From: the human T2T-CHM13v2.0 reference genome, Homo sapiens
Assembly (NCBI RefSeq): GCF_009914755.1
Contig: NC_060929.1
Reading direction: 5' to 3' (one strand)
Length of the DNA stretch: 64,000 nt
The notes under the pieces were generated by a model, which saw nothing but the letters and a program-made list of their open reading frames with translations, made no database searches and had not been told where the DNA came from. Positions 58,833-64,000 of this stretch are shown piece by piece. The translations under genes and the position numbers were made by a program. Position 1 is the first letter of the stretch; every line of letters begins with the position of its first letter.

Positions 58833-61172
58833 GACTGAAAAAAGTCTTTTAGCTGCAGGTGTGATGTATTGGTCTAAACCACTTAAACATGTCTAGAGAG
58901 ATATATCAGTCCTTCTTGTAACAGCCTTCAGTTTGACTTTAAGAGAAAACAATTAAAAATGGCTCAGTAAACTCCGAGAGGACTCCATTTTAAGGATGAT
59001 TGCACCACTAAAATAAGAAACCATTACCTGTGAAATAATCTAATTGAATTCCTGATGGCATTGGTCAGCTTTATTGTTTTTCAAAAGAAAGCCACATTTA
59101 AGATAGATTCGTGCTTCAAAACGGTTATTAGGCTTCCAAATATTTTTGCTTTTTTGTACAGTGTATTTGAAATGTTTAGAAAGCTAATAAAATATTATTA
59201 AAGAGACTAATAACAAAATACATTAAAATCTTGAAAAGAATAGATTAGTATAGTCTGAATTCACTTGCTCTATTATCAACCCTTAAACCTTTTTAATATA
59301 TTCAATACTATCCTGTTTTTTAAAATGTTCACCTCAATTGCCTAGTGCTTCAGGTTATATCCTTGGTTATTATGGGATATGAAAGACATACATTGCTTAA
59401 AGTATCAGTTTTCAAACTTTTTTAAAACTGTACACCACTGTTACAACCTTCCAGTGGAAAATGGACGCATCAATAATAGAAAATTGGCAAAGAACAAAAT
59501 AATGAAAGTGGCATAAAAAGTCATGGACCATGGATTTTTAAAAGTGTTTGTTCTTTGTTAGAGTTTGTGGTATAAAACTGAAAGTATCTGGAATTGTAGA
59601 TGAATCTTCTTTAAAGATAAAGAACTTGCATTTTTCAATCAGTTTGCAGTCTGTAAGGAAGACCCTCACCTACTATGGGCTGACTGAATACCACGCTTTT
59701 TGAATCTTTAATTTAAAACAGCAGAAATAATCCGAGTGTCAGATTGTTTAATACCAAAGAGAAGTGACTGAAGTGAGATAGGAAGACAGTCTGCCATCCC
59801 AGAGGAACCGCGGCCACTTTGGGGACACTGATAGAAAGCCAAGGATAAGAGACAACACATGGAAATGATGTTAAAGATTTGGCTTTTACATATTGATGGG
59901 CTTGAATGATTTTCTTTCTGTCCTGTGATGGCTTATCTTTGTGTGGGTATTTGGTGGTTGTGGTGGGGTGGGGGAACAGGCACTGAGACAAGGAAGATAG
60001 AGGAGATGATCAAAGGATAAGGAATCTCCAGGGAGACCACCAGACCACTCAATAATAATCATTTGTCCTCTCTTTTTAAATAGGTATTTGTGCCTTCCGT
60101 TTTTTGTTGTTATCTTATTTCAGAGGTAAGTAACTGTAGAGTGAGCAATTTTTTCTAATCTCTGATAAGAAAATGCTTTTGAAGTTAAACTATTAAGTGA
60201 AAAAATACTGCTTTTGGTTTAAGGTAAATACTCCTTATCAAATGAAAGAATTACTGTTTATGCAGTCATTTGATAACTATTTCTTGAATCTTTCCAACCT
60301 TATAGCATTCTTCTAGGTGCTTGAAATATCCTTCCTGGTCTAGTTTACTAAGAGGTTTTAAATTTAAAAAAATGAAGACTGAATGCTAAGATTTATCAAG
60401 TGCTTTTTGTGTACCTATTTAGAAGCACTTAAAGATTTTCTTTTTAAAGTTCCAGTATGTACTGAATTATGTTAATATATCTTCTCATATTAAATCACTC
60501 TTACATTCTTGAAATAAAACTGATTTGGCCATTTTTAAAAAGCATTGTCCTGGATTTGACTTGGTATATTTTTATTTGGACTTCATAAATATTTTGAATT
60601 ATTAACTCATAATTATGCTAACTTTTTTTAAAATTATTGAATACATATTTATAGGAGAGACTGACATAAGCATACTTTTTTCATACTATTTTGTCAGATT
60701 TTGTATCAGGAATTCACTACTTTTGTGTGATTCATTGAGGAGTTTTTCACTTTTTGCATGATCTGGAATAACTTAGATGGCAAGAGCATTAACTACTCTG
60801 AAAGAGTAGAGAGCTTATTCTATAAAATGGACTCAATTGATGTTATTTGTGGAGATAATTTTAGGACATCTTTTTAACTTTTCTATATTGTTATTGATAT
60901 ATCTTCTTGAGGCAATTTTGATAACTTCTGTTTTCCTAGAAAATTCTTCAATTCAGGGAAAATTTTCAAATTTACCCTCCGCATCTGACTGAGAGACAGG
61001 CAAGAGAGAACAACGTTAGAGTCATAGAGTAGGTCAGGCCTAGACATGGAGTGTATTTCTTTTACCAGTTGTTTTAAATATTCTATTAGATTTTCTTTTG
61101 AGTTTAATACTCAATGCATCAATCATCGTTACTGCTGATATTATGGAATATTTACTTATATTAAGATCATAA

Positions 61173-62889
<1,717 letters not shown>

Positions 62890-62955
62890 TGCAATTTGTG
62901 TTTTTCCCACTACTTTGTATGTCAGGGACATCTTTCTTTGTTAGCTTATGGAGAG

Positions 62956-63173
62956 CAAGTTTTTTTAAACTTGGAGCTATTGACATTGGACCCAACAATC
63001 TTTGTTGTGGGGGCTGTCCTGTATTGTAGGGTGTTTATCAGCATTCCTTGCCTCTACTCACTAGATGCCAGTAGCACATTCTCTCCTCAGTTGTGACACC
63101 CCAAAGCATCTCCAGTTATTGCTCTATGGCTCCAGGAAGGAGGGGCAAAATTGCCCCCAGTTGAAAACCACTG
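62956..63173 (+). mobile_element. MER20 hAT-Charlie MITE
   Basis: ctattgacatt...tttgttgtgggggctgtcctg...ctagatgccagtagca...cagttgaaaaccactg. Confidence 0.85.
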
Positions 63174-63959
63174 ATGTAGAACTACATCATTCTTTTAAAA
63201 ACAGCTGCACAGAACTTTATAAATATACTATAGTTATTGAATGAATGAATCACCTACTGATGAATCTTCAGGTTTTTTGTCTATTATTTTTATTTATAGA
63301 ATTTGTTTTTACATAATTTTAATTTTTATGTGGTCAAATTCACGTCATTGCTTAATTATTTCTCTGCCACACTCATAACCTGAGAGGATTAAAATATTTG
63401 GTCATTTTATCCTAGACTTTTATGTTTTTATTCTTTACATTTAAATCTCTAATCCCTACGGAATTTATGCTACAAATGGCTATGTAAAATCAGCTTAGCT
63501 TTTTCTCAAGTGGTTATCCCATGGTCCCATACTTTTATGTAAGTTTGTCCTTTCCATTCAAAATGTTACCTTATCGTGTACTAAATTCCCATGTACGCTC
63601 TCTTTTCCATTTGTTTATTCACCCATTTCTGACAAATACCATACTGTTTTAATTATAAAATCTTTATGTTACATTTTTATATTTGGCAGGAAAGTTATCG
63701 TTTGGTCTTTTCCAAAATTGATAAGGGTATGCTTGCACATTACTCTTCTAAGAATTTTAGTATCCATTTTTTGTGTTCCATGAAAAATTTTGGGTTTTTT
63801 TCTGATTTTACTGGTCTTATTATATTACTGAAGAGAAAATTAAAAGGTTGCAATATTAAATCTTCCTTTTGTTAACATAATTTATCTCTGTTTATTTAGT
63901 TCCTCTTTTAAGCCCTCTTGTAAAATTCTTCTTTGGTAGTTTTTTTTGTTTGTTTGTGG

Positions 63960-64000
63960 TTTTTTTTTTTTTTTTTGAGATGGAGTCTCTGTCCCCAGGC
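63960..64000 (-). mobile_element. Alu 3' end (runs off the window)
   Basis: PolyT followed by gagatggagtct. Confidence 0.85.

Noticed and set aside
58050-59010. Possible minus-strand exon interrupted by LTR8
   Set aside because: Acceptor-like tracts are present, but the reconstructed frames contain stops and the donor is weak.

Overview
This is primate, probably human or great-ape, intronic or intergenic genomic DNA, judged from AluJ/S/Y, L1PA, THE1/MST and LTR12 sequence. I recognise no intact host protein-coding gene, RNA gene or CRISPR array, and almost all ORFs in the track come from repeats. The window is rich in LTR elements. It holds an internally deleted two-LTR HERV-K(HML-3)/MER9 provirus (20772-25467) and a full LTR-int-LTR MST element inserted into an older ERVL. 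A full-length L1PA (32842-40515) sits inside a MER4 LTR and itself carries an Alu and a truncated MER11 LTR. There is also a solo LTR12C, plus several other solo LTRs, MIR/L2 remnants and hAT MITEs. The main largely unique stretch is about 1000-5000 and looks regulatory. Repeat subfamily names were recognised by eye from memory of consensus sequences, not by a database search. I found no well-supported novel biological system. The best leads are the unusually similar HML-3 LTRs, its in-frame deletion architecture, a templated 180-bp duplication inside an LTR, and scattered candidate exons that could belong to a lncRNA or decayed gene.
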